64,000 nucleotides of DNA from Methanothrix sp. Lineage in GTDB: Archaea > Halobacteriota > Methanosarcinia > Methanotrichales > Methanotrichaceae. Every line of letters starts with the position of its first letter. Position 1 is the stretch's first letter. The stretch is taken from positions 1,856,001-1,920,000 of the forward strand of contig OY821645.1 in the NCBI GenBank assembly GCA_963682135.1, in the 5' to 3' direction. The position numbers and the translations under genes were made by a program. This document shows, piece by piece, positions 40,932 to 50,747 of the stretch. The notes beneath the pieces are model-generated. The model worked only from the letters and a program-made list of their open reading frames with translations. It had not been told where the DNA came from and searched no databases.

Positions 40932-41184
40932 ATGGAGGCAAGAGAGCATTTATCCAGTTATAGAGCTGGTTGGATCGTCTCCCACCAGTTGGGAGGATGC
41001 GGCCAGAAATGCAGTCGATAAGGCATCTGCATCTCTTTGGAACCTGAGAATTGGCGAAGTCGCGCAGCTGGACGTCAGCCTGGATGATCAGGGAAAAATA
41101 GCATTATACCGGGCAAGAATAAAACTCTCTTTAAAATACGACAACTGGAAGGAAGAGCTTGGCTGGAAAGGCCCAGGAATGTAG
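40932..41184 (+). pseudogene. Dodecin-family gene with an apparent 1-nt frameshift just after the start codon
   Basis: Not in the ORF track. The frame from 40945 reads SIYPVIELVGSSPTSWEDAARNAVDKASASLWNLRIGEVAQLDVSLDDQGKIALYRARIKLSLKYD; the ATG at 40932 is out of frame by one base. Confidence 0.8.
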
Positions 41185-41619
41185 GTCGTCCCCGACTCCC
41201 TAGAGTGCATCGAGTAATCCCGCGGGACGCGACCTTATCCACATGACCTTTTGCCGACTCCATTGAGGTGTTCCCATCCAAAAGATTTGATCAGATTAAG
41301 ATATTTGATGATATTATATTTTTTCGCGACTATCATGCTCTAATGCCCCATGCCGAGGCTATGGGCAACGATAGGACGGGCGAAGATGCCAGCAGCCCTG
41401 CAATTGATCTTCAAATAATATCGATACACAACAGATCAGCAACTCTTGGGGATTCGATTTTGTCGATATTCACGGTCAATCGCAATGTATTTATTCGTTG
41501 AATGTCGTAAATTGCCTTCAGAAGTGCTGTGCTGGTAATGTGATCTGAAAATAAAACTCGAACAAAAATTATAGAAACATTGCCATTTAACAGGGACTTT
41601 AAGTGGGGGTTGGGGCAGA

Positions 41620-42423
41620 ATGGACAATAGGGCTGGATTAGCGTTAGCTATAATGGAAAAGGAAAATCGAAACGAATGTCTATCGAAAGCCAATGATCTT
41701 GCAGAAGATCTCTGTCATGTTAAGGCTATGTTTTTGGCCAATATGAGTCATGAGTTTAGGACACCTCTCAATGCCATCATCGGCATCACCAGTTTGCTTC
41801 AATTAGAGGAAAACCTCAATTCTGAACAGAAAGACCTGGTTGATATCGTAAGGAATAGCGGAGAGGAATTGCTGACCATCATAGAAAATATTTTAGACTT
41901 TTCCAAGATTGAGGCTGGAGAGATCAAGCTCGATGTTCAGCCCTTTAGTCTATGTAATTGCATTGAATCAACTCTTAAAAGTTTCTCCTCGGCTGCATCT
42001 GCAAAGGGTTTGAATCTCTCTTGCCGCATAAACGAAGACATACCTGCGATCGTTATCGGCGATCCGAAAAGGCTCGAGCAAATCCTCAAAAACCTGCTGG
42101 AAAATGCTATAAAGTTCACAGAGCAGGGCAGGGTTGTGATTTATGTTTCATCCGACGACAATGATTTGGTTCATTTCACAGTCAAAGATACTGGTATTGG
42201 GATTCCCACCGACAGAAGGGATTGCCTCTTTCAGTCCTTCAGTCAGGTGGATGATTCATTGACGCGCAAATATCATGGGATCGGTCTGGGGTTAGCCGCG
42301 AGCCGAAGGCTGGTTGAACTCATGGGCGGGCGGATATGGGCAGAAAGTCGCGAAGGTGTCGGATCCGCCTTTCATTTTACCATCAAAAGGAACGGGATTC
42401 CTGCCGGCACATGGGTTCGCTGA
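41620..42423 (+). CDS. Histidine kinase core (HisKA plus HATPase), no sensor or receiver domain
   Basis: FLANMSHEFRTPLN, NLLENAIKFT, DTGIG and GIGLGL. Confidence 0.9.
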   Translation: MDNRAGLALAIMEKENRNECLSKANDLAEDLCHVKAMFLANMSHEFRTPLNAIIGITSLLQLEENLNSEQKDLVDIVRNSGEELLTIIENILDFSKIEAGEIKLDVQPFSLCNCIESTLKSFSSAASAKGLNLSCRINEDIPAIVIGDPKRLEQILKNLLENAIKFTEQGRVVIYVSSDDNDLVHFTVKDTGIGIPTDRRDCLFQSFSQVDDSLTRKYHGIGLGLAASRRLVELMGGRIWAESREGVGSAFHFTIKRNGIPAGTWVR

Positions 42424-42554
42424 AGTTACTGAATTTCCAAGAGAAGAATGGTAGGGCGCGTCCGTTCTCGCGCGGGACCCTGGCCCGTCCTTGCCCGTAA
42501 GCTCACGCGAAAAAGGGGGGCGCGCAGCATGTGCCAGGATGGCGAAAATGGATG

Positions 42555-42832
42555 TGATTATCCACACCGGAGTACCAGCTATCGAAGAGAACAATGCGAG
42601 GCTGAAAACTCCGTTATTTTGCTTTGCGAAGTATATCTCGAAAAGGATCATTTTTCGTCTTGCCGTCAGCGTCTATGTCGTAGATTCGGAAATCAACCGG
42701 GATCATGGCGTTTCCATCTGTCCAGAGCAAAGTACAACTATTGATTCCATTCACCACACGATGATGTTTTCTACTCCATTGGCGATAGACTGGATCCATA
42801 TTTTTAGCATAAGGTTTATCCAACGTCGTATC
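42555..42832 (-). pseudogene. IS701-family transposase remnant
   Basis: DTTLDKPYAK...WS.KHHRVVNGIN..LLWTDG...PVDFRIYD...TKND, then an in-frame TAA, then VLFDSWYS. Confidence 0.8.
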
Positions 42833-43021
42833 TGGGGGCTGTCTTTGTAGAAGGCGGGTAAATATATCATGCGACTGATTATTTTTGCCCGCAGGCTGAC
42901 ACCTTGCAGCTTCAGTACAGGTAAAAACATCTTATTAATATTGGCTATGAGGTTTCGGGACTACACAGCAAAGGAAAACGATCGAAAGGTTTTTTATGCA
43001 CTAATTCCTTCCTCTTGATGA

Positions 43022-43312
43022 ATGAGCGAGGGAACTAACGATACTGAGAAGAAGGGCTATGCGGAGAAGAAGCTCGATCTCAAGAATAAGCTGGATCTTA
43101 AGAGCAAGCTGAATCTGGATGACATGGATCTGGGCGTCACCATGCCTTCCACGAATGTGGATGAGTATTTGCGGGTTTTAAGGCTGGCCCGAAAGCCCAG
43201 CCGTGAGGAGTTCAATATGATCGCCAAGATCTCTATGGCCGGCATAGGCATTATCGGCACCATGGGCTTTGTCATATATGCGCTGCTCACCGAACTGCCC
43301 AAAGTCTTCTAA
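43022..43312 (+). CDS. secE: Protein translocase SecE/Sec61-gamma
   Basis: EYLRVLRLARKPSREEF...GIGIIGTMGFVI. Confidence 0.93.
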   Translation: MSEGTNDTEKKGYAEKKLDLKNKLDLKSKLNLDDMDLGVTMPSTNVDEYLRVLRLARKPSREEFNMIAKISMAGIGIIGTMGFVIYALLTELPKVF

Positions 43313-43363
43313 AAAAAATCTGAAATTCGTAGCTCCTGGGAGCATACAACGCCTAATCTTTTT

Positions 43364-44497
43364 TTAACACTTCTTAGCTTTGTCTTTATTTAGCGAGCGC
43401 AATGTGGCTCCGAACTCCGATTCCACCAGATTTTTCACACCCATCGTCTTGGGATGCAGGTCCAATTCTACTGTGACATGCTGGTGGCCTAAACTGCGCA
43501 GTGGCTTGACCTGGCGCGGTCCATTGGTGATCGAGAAGATCTCCATGCCTTGCAGAGCCGATACCGGCAGGGCATGAGGTACTCCCGAGATCACGGCAAA
43601 GTCATAATGCTTATTAGCGGTCAGCTCTTCCACTGCAGCACCCGTTACCGGGTACTCGTCCAGTCCGCCTATGAGCTGGAAATTCACCTTTCGCTCCCTC
43701 AAGTCGCGGGCAATATTGGCTGCGTCCCTTCTCACCTTGGGCAGGCCCACCTGATCATCCAAATTAGCAAATGTGTCCACCTGATCGCCGGCAACCTCGG
43801 CCACGGCTGCGGTAATGTCGGCAAACATGTAGGCGGTCTCCTTCTTGGCATTGAGGATATTCAAGCCCTTCTTGCCCTGTAAAATAAGCTCCAGAAGCCT
43901 GGAAGCGGCCTCATATTTGAGATCACCTCGCTCCGGAGCCAGGTACTCGCTGCTCGCTGCTCCGTACAGCTTTTCTACAAGGGTGGCTTTCTCGAGCAGA
44001 CCCTTCTGTCGGTCGAGCTCTTTTTCATCTATGATTTCCTTGTCTCTTGCAGCCTCCAATGTGAGGATCACGCCCTTGGTATTATCCCTGTAGCCTGCAT
44101 GAACCTCAACCTCCAAGACAGGTATGTCCAGGTCGGCATCCACTACTGCCTGGTGCAGATCATCGCCGATGATCATGCTGCTACAGGTCCCTGAGATGGC
44201 CATGAGTTTGGGATGGAACAATTCATTGGCCTTCCTCAGAAGAGCGGTGAGCGGTCGCAAACCTCCGAATACAAATCCGGCTTCGTCCAGCGCAGTGGTA
44301 AGCACCCGCACTCCGTCCTCTTCCAAGAGACGGGCATGCTTGAAGCAGCATCCACTCGGGCCATGCAATATTACCACCTCGGCACCAAGGTCACGCAGAG
44401 TGTAGAGAGCGGCCACTATTGAGCTTGGTCTGGGATGAAGTATCGTTATGTTTTGCAATTCGCTTGTCTTTTGCACTTCGCTTGCCATTCGTATCAC
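43364..44497 (-). CDS. cfbD: Ni-sirohydrochlorin a,c-diamide reductive cyclase catalytic subunit (NflD)
   Basis: [35 protein letters not shown] and DLHPKTMG. Confidence 0.95.
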   Translation of the reverse strand: MIRMASEVQKTSELQNITILHPRPSSIVAALYTLRDLGAEVVILHGPSGCCFKHARLLEEDGVRVLTTALDEAGFVFGGLRPLTALLRKANELFHPKLMAISGTCSSMIIGDDLHQAVVDADLDIPVLEVEVHAGYRDNTKGVILTLEAARDKEIIDEKELDRQKGLLEKATLVEKLYGAASSEYLAPERGDLKYEAASRLLELILQGKKGLNILNAKKETAYMFADITAAVAEVAGDQVDTFANLDDQVGLPKVRRDAANIARDLRERKVNFQLIGGLDEYPVTGAAVEELTANKHYDFAVISGVPHALPVSALQGMEIFSITNGPRQVKPLRSLGHQHVTVELDLHPKTMGVKNLVESEFGATLRSLNKDKAKKC

Positions 44498-45750
44498 CTA
44501 AAGCATTTTACGCAGGAAAGCAGCCTTTTCGGTCTCTCCTCTTGAGCTATTTCCAGCCCGTGCTGCAGATTTCTGGCGGTAGCTGCTCCCAGCTCTTCTG
44601 CCAGGGGCACAAGCCTTTCACCTACTAATATCAGCTTTGCCATCTCGCTCTTCCTTTGCCGTAGCAAGTCGGAGAGATCCGGGATGTTCATGCCTTCACA
44701 TACAGTTTCACTCTCTTCTCCCACTACCACAACCAGATCGCTGCCAGAGGCCCGGTCCAGTGCTCTTTTCACATCCCGAACTTTGAGCCCGGAGTTGGAG
44801 CTGTCGAAGAAAGTCTGATTGGGCAGACGCTTGATCTTCATGCGCCCGGAAAAACCGTCAAAGCCCGAGAGGGCCATAGCGATCATGCCCTTGGGTATGC
44901 CTGCCAGCTCAGAGGCAGCCGCGGCTCCCGCAATTGCCGTCTCATAGCCCAGGAAGTCCAGATCCTGACCTAAATCAAGATTCACCTCATCTCTTCCGAA
45001 GATCAGACTATCCTGCCTGGCATAGACCCTCCCGCCTTGGGCAAATGAGACATCCGGAGATAGTCGAGCGTCGATATTGGCCAGAATCTTCGAGCCGCTC
45101 TTGGCCAGGGCGAGCATCTGCAGTTTGGCTGTGCTGGCCCACTTGGTAGCATCGGCGATGAGGTAGTCTCCGGAAAAGCCGGTTATAATTCCATAATCGG
45201 CCAGACCCGTGCCGCCCAGAGAGATCTCACAGATCAGAGCCATCGCCCCCTGGGCCTCTGCAACCTCCCTAGCACGGATCACATTTCCGGGTGTGATGGA
45301 AAGACCCTTTTCCACAAGGCAGGCTTTGCCATCCTGCCAGATCTCCAGGCCGCGAGTGGTGTGAGATAAGACCTTCTTTTGCCAGGAGATAATCATGGCC
45401 AGCAAAAGGGCTGTGGAGGTCTTGCTGTGCGTTCCCGTAACCTCGAAGACCTCCATGGCAGGATCTTCTCTTCCCCCGAGTAGTTCGCCAACCGCCTGAT
45501 GATGAGTGATAATTTTCTTCTTGGCTTTCCTGGCCAGAGATAGGGCCTGGTTGCCGGGTGCAAGGTGGACGGGGGCTACCACCAGGTCGAAGTCTGTTAG
45601 ATCCGGGATGTGGTGATAGACTTCGAGTGCCTCTGCCTGCAGGCCCGATTCGACCATCCGGCGAGCGATTATTGCCGCGCCATGAATGGTGTCCAATACG
45701 GCTACTCTAAAGCCTCTGCTGCCCGCTTGTATGCCAGTGCTGCAATGCAT
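44494..45750 (-). CDS. cfbE: Coenzyme F430 synthase (Mur-ligase-like)
   Basis: [36 protein letters not shown] and CVKCFR; lies between cfbA and cfbD; start uncertain. Confidence 0.9.
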   Translation of the reverse strand: MHCSTGIQAGSRGFRVAVLDTIHGAAIIARRMVESGLQAEALEVYHHIPDLTDFDLVVAPVHLAPGNQALSLARKAKKKIITHHQAVGELLGGREDPAMEVFEVTGTHSKTSTALLLAMIISWQKKVLSHTTRGLEIWQDGKACLVEKGLSITPGNVIRAREVAEAQGAMALICEISLGGTGLADYGIITGFSGDYLIADATKWASTAKLQMLALAKSGSKILANIDARLSPDVSFAQGGRVYARQDSLIFGRDEVNLDLGQDLDFLGYETAIAGAAAASELAGIPKGMIAMALSGFDGFSGRMKIKRLPNQTFFDSSNSGLKVRDVKRALDRASGSDLVVVVGEESETVCEGMNIPDLSDLLRQRKSEMAKLILVGERLVPLAEELGAATARNLQHGLEIAQEERPKRLLSCVKCFR

Positions 45751-46094
45751 TCGTCCACGCCCAGTGGCTCGGCACAAATTACTTCCACCTCTTTGCCGCC
45801 GATCTTCAAAGTGCCTCTGCGCTTTTGCGGATCTATTCCCATCTCCTGGGGAATGTCCTGGCGGGTATGTACCCCGTGGGCTAAGAAGAGGGGCAGAGCT
45901 ACGATCTTTGATACATTGGTTCCAGCAAAGCTATTCAGGCCCTCCGGGATGTTGGGCCGGTCCATATTGAGATAAGCTGTCCTGACCGGTCCTGAGTGGG
46001 TTTTGCTGACCATCTGGGCGAGCGATTCCACCAGTTCTTTGTTGTAAGGCAGGCTGGAACCATGCCCGAGTATAAGTATGCCTACGTCCTTCAT
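45702..46094 (-). CDS. cfbA: Sirohydrochlorin nickelochelatase
   Basis: GHGSSLPY, PLFLAHGVHT.QDIP and EPLG. Confidence 0.92.
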   Translation of the reverse strand: MKDVGILILGHGSSLPYNKELVESLAQMVSKTHSGPVRTAYLNMDRPNIPEGLNSFAGTNVSKIVALPLFLAHGVHTRQDIPQEMGIDPQKRRGTLKIGGKEVEVICAEPLGVDECIAALAYKRAAEALE

Positions 46095-46202
46095 GGAAAC
46101 ACCAGTATTACTTTTTATACATCTCGTGTTAAGAGAACGATAGATTCATAAGTACTAAATCCTTTCGAGGCTGAAGCTACCTGCAAAGGCACCGCCACGG
46201 AG

Positions 46203-46532
46203 ATGATAGATATCAGCATGAATGGGACAATCGGTCTTTCCAGATTCTATTCTTGTATCCTATTTTTGATCTTGATCTATCCAGCTTTTTCCCAGGAAGT
46301 TGTTCTTTCCATGCATGAGAACTATACTATGGAAAATTGCACATTGCAGGTGGAAGATATTGATTCGCAGGCGGCAGAGGTCTGGGTGTTGATACTGGCG
46401 GAGCCGGAGCCATCTTCATCAATGGTCCTGGGAATAAATGATACTTTAACCTGCGGCAAGGCGACGCTGATGGTAAAGAATTTTTATGCAGGCGAGAGCT
46501 ATGATATTGTATGCCTAAAAATTGTTCAGTAG
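46203..46532 (+). CDS. Small secreted hypothetical protein
   Basis: Signal-like ILFLILIYPAFS; fills the intergenic gap. Confidence 0.55.
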   Translation: MIDISMNGTIGLSRFYSCILFLILIYPAFSQEVVLSMHENYTMENCTLQVEDIDSQAAEVWVLILAEPEPSSSMVLGINDTLTCGKATLMVKNFYAGESYDIVCLKIVQ

Positions 46533-46539
46533 GAGCATT

Positions 46540-47121
46540 TCATGATGAGAAATGCTTCTTGAAGATGCCTGCTATCTCAGAGGGCCTCTCGATGACAAAG
46601 ACATCCTCCATCCGACGCAGGCTATCTACATGCTCAGCATCCTCTTTTCGAATGCGCAGCCGCATCTCGCTGCCGTCTGGAAGAATGGTAGTTACGATTC
46701 CGGGCTTGTAATCGCAGGGCATGATGTATGTGGGAACGAATGCCTTCTGAGACATGATGGCCGCATTGGAGAGGAGCGAGTCTGCCAGGCCCAATGAGAT
46801 CTTGGCCACCGTATTTGATGTTGCGGGTGCAAGCAATAAGAACTCATAACGCTTCACCTGCAATTGGCCCGCCAGGAAGGGAGAGTTGGCGTTGATCTCC
46901 ACCCAGACTTTGTCAAAGTGTTTCTCCAGGATATTGAAGAGCTTGTAGTATTTGATGACCTGCTCGCCTGCCTTGGATACGAAGACGCGCACATCCACAT
47001 CATCATCGTACTGCTGCTGCAATCTTATCATGGCATTGACCGTCTCCTCAATGCGATCGCCACTGCCCGTGATTCCCCAGGCAATCTTCCTCTTGCTGCG
47101 CTCCGTTGCCATATTACTCAC
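46540..47121 (-). CDS. afpA: Archaeoflavoprotein AfpA
   Basis: IAWGITGSG, SKAGEQV, NANSPFLAG and PATSNTVAKI. Confidence 0.9.
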   Translation of the reverse strand: MSNMATERSKRKIAWGITGSGDRIEETVNAMIRLQQQYDDDVDVRVFVSKAGEQVIKYYKLFNILEKHFDKVWVEINANSPFLAGQLQVKRYEFLLLAPATSNTVAKISLGLADSLLSNAAIMSQKAFVPTYIMPCDYKPGIVTTILPDGSEMRLRIRKEDAEHVDSLRRMEDVFVIERPSEIAGIFKKHFSS

Positions 47122-47140
47122 TTACTCATTTTAAGGATAT

Positions 47141-47752
47141 TTATTTTTCCGGTGCCCTCATATTCTCCAGAAGCATTACCATCTCCGCGAACCTCTTTGT
47201 CGTCTTTCGCAGAGATCGCAAGCCATCCTCATCCTTCAATGCACCTTCCAGTGTATCGCGAGACCAGAATGTCGCTCCCAGGTTGGCGCCAAAAAATCCC
47301 CCGCTCACAGGAATCATGCCGTTAAGGATGTAAAATGTATGGATCTGCTGCACCGCCAGTTCCTGGCCGCCCATGCGATCGCCCCCAACGGCTATGGCCA
47401 TGCCGGGCTTCATCCGCAGAGTTTTAGGGTCGGCAGCCAGTGTGGCCCGCGTTCTGTCTATTACTATCTTGGTCTGAGCACTCATGCTGCCGTTATAGAC
47501 GGGTGTTGCGATAACAAATCCCTGCGCCTCCCGGATGAGGGGGTAGAGCTGATACATATCATCTTTTACTACGCATTCCTTATTTTTGAGGCAATAGTCA
47601 CAGTGCCGGCAAGGGCTGATCTGCCGGCCTCGCACTGTAAATTGCAAAGTATCCAGGCCCTTGTCCTGCAGCATCTTTAGGGCCTCACCAAGGATATGTT
47701 CTGTGGCCATATTCCTGGGACTTCCGGATATGCCGAGTATCATGTTAGTCAA
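47141..47752 (-). CDS. Iron-sulfur flavoprotein (Isf, flavodoxin-like)
   Basis: GISGSPR, CRHCDYC.....C, TPVY and GGQE. Confidence 0.9.
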   Translation of the reverse strand: MTNMILGISGSPRNMATEHILGEALKMLQDKGLDTLQFTVRGRQISPCRHCDYCLKNKECVVKDDMYQLYPLIREAQGFVIATPVYNGSMSAQTKIVIDRTRATLAADPKTLRMKPGMAIAVGGDRMGGQELAVQQIHTFYILNGMIPVSGGFFGANLGATFWSRDTLEGALKDEDGLRSLRKTTKRFAEMVMLLENMRAPEK

Positions 47753-47758
47753 TAGCTT

Positions 47759-47992
47759 CTATTGATATTTCAGATTTTCCGGATGAGCATACTGCTCTGC
47801 CAGGCGCAGCCGGATCATCTCCTCCACCTCGGCAGAAGTTGTGCCGAAGACCTCTTCCAGGATCTCTTTGGCTGTTTGCAGCTCCAGAGCCTTCCTGTCC
47901 AACCTGCTGCTGGAAAGAACCTGTCGCTCAATTCTGGGCCTCTTTTGCAGGGGCCATCTTAGCTGTGCGAGAACTCCTGCCATAGTATACAA
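47759..47992 (-). CDS. Small hypothetical protein
   Basis: Co-oriented 6 bp upstream of the Isf gene; helical, protein-like composition. Confidence 0.5.
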   Translation of the reverse strand: MYTMAGVLAQLRWPLQKRPRIERQVLSSSRLDRKALELQTAKEILEEVFGTTSAEVEEMIRLRLAEQYAHPENLKYQ

Positions 47993-48226
47993 CCTAGTGT
48001 GTGTAAGAATAAATACATTTCCAGATGAAATGATTATAGTAAATCATTTTATAGACCTATAAAAGTATGTATAAGATACAAATGATCTGCTAAAAATGCC
48101 CCCATAAAATGTACCCATAAATTGCCCCACACAAAGCAATACATTAATCTTGAGATTAAGAAGGATGGCCGCACGGGGCGAAAGTGATGCAAAGAGTATT
48201 ATGAGGGAAACGGCAATATAATAATC

Positions 48227-48706
48227 ATGATCAGGGGAAAAGCTTGGGTCTTTGGAGACGATGTAGATACCGATGTGATCATCCCCGGTAAGTACCTGCG
48301 CACAAAGGATGCGCGGCTCTGGGCGGAGCATGCCATGGAGGGCCTGGACCCGAACTTTGCCTCCCTGGTAGAGAAGGGCGATGTGATTGTGGCGGGCAGA
48401 AATTTTGGCAGCGGCTCGTCACGCGAGCAGGCTCCCCGGGCATTAAAGGGGGCGGGAGTGGCAGTAGTAGTAGCCCGGTCCTTTGCTCGTATCTTCTACC
48501 GAAATGCCATCAATGTAGGGCTGGCTCTGATTGAAGCCGATATCTCATGCCAGAGAGGCGACTATGTGGTGGTAGACCTGGCAGCAGGAACTGTGCAGGT
48601 GGGGGATAAGTTCTACCAGGGCACCAGGCTGCCTGATTTCCTCATGGAGATACTGGAAGACGGCGGCCTGGTGGCGCACCGAAGGCGGCAGAAAGGATTG
48701 GCATGA
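48227..48706 (+). CDS. Homoaconitase/isopropylmalate isomerase small subunit (YLRT loop suggests AksE/HacB)
   Basis: [28 protein letters not shown] and [13 protein letters not shown]. Confidence 0.9.
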   Translation: MIRGKAWVFGDDVDTDVIIPGKYLRTKDARLWAEHAMEGLDPNFASLVEKGDVIVAGRNFGSGSSREQAPRALKGAGVAVVVARSFARIFYRNAINVGLALIEADISCQRGDYVVVDLAAGTVQVGDKFYQGTRLPDFLMEILEDGGLVAHRRRQKGLA

Positions 48707-49530
48707 TCTTTCCGGATGAGTACAAGTTCGTAGGGATTAAGGACCAGGAGAGGCGAGGCGAATCAGTCTATTTCGCCACAGAGTATCTCATCAGCCGAGA
48801 CGGTCCGGCGCTCTACCATGTTAAGAGTCGCGGCTCCGGATTCATGAGGGAGGTGGTAGAGCTGGAGCCGATCGCCTCCGGTCAAGAGATCGTGTTTTAC
48901 CCGGATATTGTGGACACCCGCAGCCGTGCCCATCTCATAGAGCTGGCGGACGAAATATGCCAAAACAAGAGGGCGAATACGGTCGTCTTTGGGGGGCTGG
49001 ATGAGCACATCACCTTCGTCAAGGACCCGGATCCTACTTCGATTCTCTCCATCGAGGTTTTGGATGTCTCGCCTCCCAATCCACCCTGGCTGGTTCATGT
49101 TCTCGCCGGTCTGGAGGCTTGCGGCATCCTGGGAGACTTGACGGTTCGTTTTGTGCCCCGCATCCTGGATCTGCGCCAGTTTGATTGCAGCCACGTCTAT
49201 TTTCCTTGCCGGGCCTCGGGCCTGGGGCGATCTCTGGACACGGACCGGATAGTACATGAGCACCCCAGGATTGTGGGCTGCTCGATCTCCAAAGAGATCT
49301 TTCTGGCCAACAATCCCGGTAAGGATTTTGAGTTTATCAATATCTGTCCCCTGCAAAGTTCCCAGCCGATCCTGGAGCCGCAGCGGCCTTTTATCACCCG
49401 GTGCTGTCGTTCCGAGATGAAGGGCCTGACCGAGAAGAACGGACAGAGGGGCATAGCGGTACATTGGGGAGACGGTCCGGTAAGAATAGCAGAGGCAGTA
49501 CGATGTCTGGTAGAGGATCTAAGAAGGTAG
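48703..49530 (+). CDS. Cys-rich hypothetical protein
   Basis: Overlaps both neighbours; FPC, VGC, NICP and RCCR motifs. Confidence 0.75.
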   Translation: MIFPDEYKFVGIKDQERRGESVYFATEYLISRDGPALYHVKSRGSGFMREVVELEPIASGQEIVFYPDIVDTRSRAHLIELADEICQNKRANTVVFGGLDEHITFVKDPDPTSILSIEVLDVSPPNPPWLVHVLAGLEACGILGDLTVRFVPRILDLRQFDCSHVYFPCRASGLGRSLDTDRIVHEHPRIVGCSISKEIFLANNPGKDFEFINICPLQSSQPILEPQRPFITRCCRSEMKGLTEKNGQRGIAVHWGDGPVRIAEAVRCLVEDLRR

Positions 49531-50480
49531 CCGTCGTCGCGGGCGACGGCATTGGGCCGGAGGTAGTAGATAGCGCCCTGGCGGTGCTGCAGGCCGCAGG
49601 CGCGAAGTTTGAGCCGGTTCCCGTGGAGATCGGCCTGGTCCGCTGGAAGAAAACCGGCCTCGCCATGTCCGAGGAGGATTTGGCAACACTCAAAGAATGC
49701 GACTGCATTCTTTTTGGAGCGATCAGCACCCCGCCCGATCCCAATTATAAAAGTGTGCTCCTGCGCATAAGAAAGGAGCTGGACCTTTATGCCAATATCC
49801 GGCCTTTCCAGTCCCATAATCTTGATTTCATCATTGTGCGGGAGAACACGGAGGGGCTCTACTCGGGAATCGAGGAAGTCGGAACTGAGCAGGCGCATAC
49901 CATGCGGATCATAACGCGCCGCGGCTCAGAGAGAGTTGCAGAGAAGGCCTGTGACCTGGCAGCCTGCCGGCGCAAGCTGACCATCATCCACAAGTCCAAT
50001 GTGCTGAAGAGCGACCGCCTCTTTCTCAAGACCTGCCAGGCAACAGCCGCAGGCCGCGGCGTGCCCTATGAGGATATGCTGGTAGACGCTGCCGCCTACA
50101 ACCTGGTGGTGAATCCCCAGAGGTTTGATGTGCTGGTCGCCACCAATCTCTTCGGCGACATCCTGAGCGATGAGGCGGCAGGAGTGATAGGCAGCCTTGG
50201 TCTATGCGCCAGCGCCAACATCGGCACGGACCATGCTCTCTTCGAGCCCATTCACGGCAGCGCCCCGGATATCGCCGGTAAGGGCATCGCCAATCCGGTG
50301 GGAGCCATGCGCAGCGCAGCCATGATGATGCAGTGGCTGGGAGAGCCGGAGACTGCACGACGCATCGAGACGGCAGTGCAGGAGGCGCTCGCAGGCGGAG
50401 TGCGGACGCCGGATCTGGGCGGAAGCTGCAAGACGGCGGATGTGACGAAAGCGGTGGTTGCGGCTTTGGATGGGAATTGA
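49503..50480 (+). CDS. Beta-decarboxylating dehydrogenase (homoisocitrate/isopropylmalate dehydrogenase, AksF/LeuB family)
   Basis: GDGIGPEV, VRENTEG, HKSNV, NLFGDILSD and EPIHGSAPDIAG. Confidence 0.92.
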   Translation: MSGRGSKKVAVVAGDGIGPEVVDSALAVLQAAGAKFEPVPVEIGLVRWKKTGLAMSEEDLATLKECDCILFGAISTPPDPNYKSVLLRIRKELDLYANIRPFQSHNLDFIIVRENTEGLYSGIEEVGTEQAHTMRIITRRGSERVAEKACDLAACRRKLTIIHKSNVLKSDRLFLKTCQATAAGRGVPYEDMLVDAAAYNLVVNPQRFDVLVATNLFGDILSDEAAGVIGSLGLCASANIGTDHALFEPIHGSAPDIAGKGIANPVGAMRSAAMMMQWLGEPETARRIETAVQEALAGGVRTPDLGGSCKTADVTKAVVAALDGN

Positions 50481-50747
50481 GAAAATTTGAATGCTGTGAG
50501 ATCTATGCATCTTTGTGCAGTCATAAGGTCAAGATTCTAAAATTATAGGATTTTATTTAAATCATCTTCCGACTTTTTAGGCAATTACCCAAAAGGATGA
50601 TATACTCATATTAATGAACCGCACCATCAAGTTGTTGGATTTTCGGGAGGGATTCAGGCGCGGAGTCAGTTCAAGCTTGCGAAGTGTGCATCGAAGAACT
50701 ATCGCAATACTCTTCGTCTGCACCTTCTATTTTTAGCCTTAGTTGTT

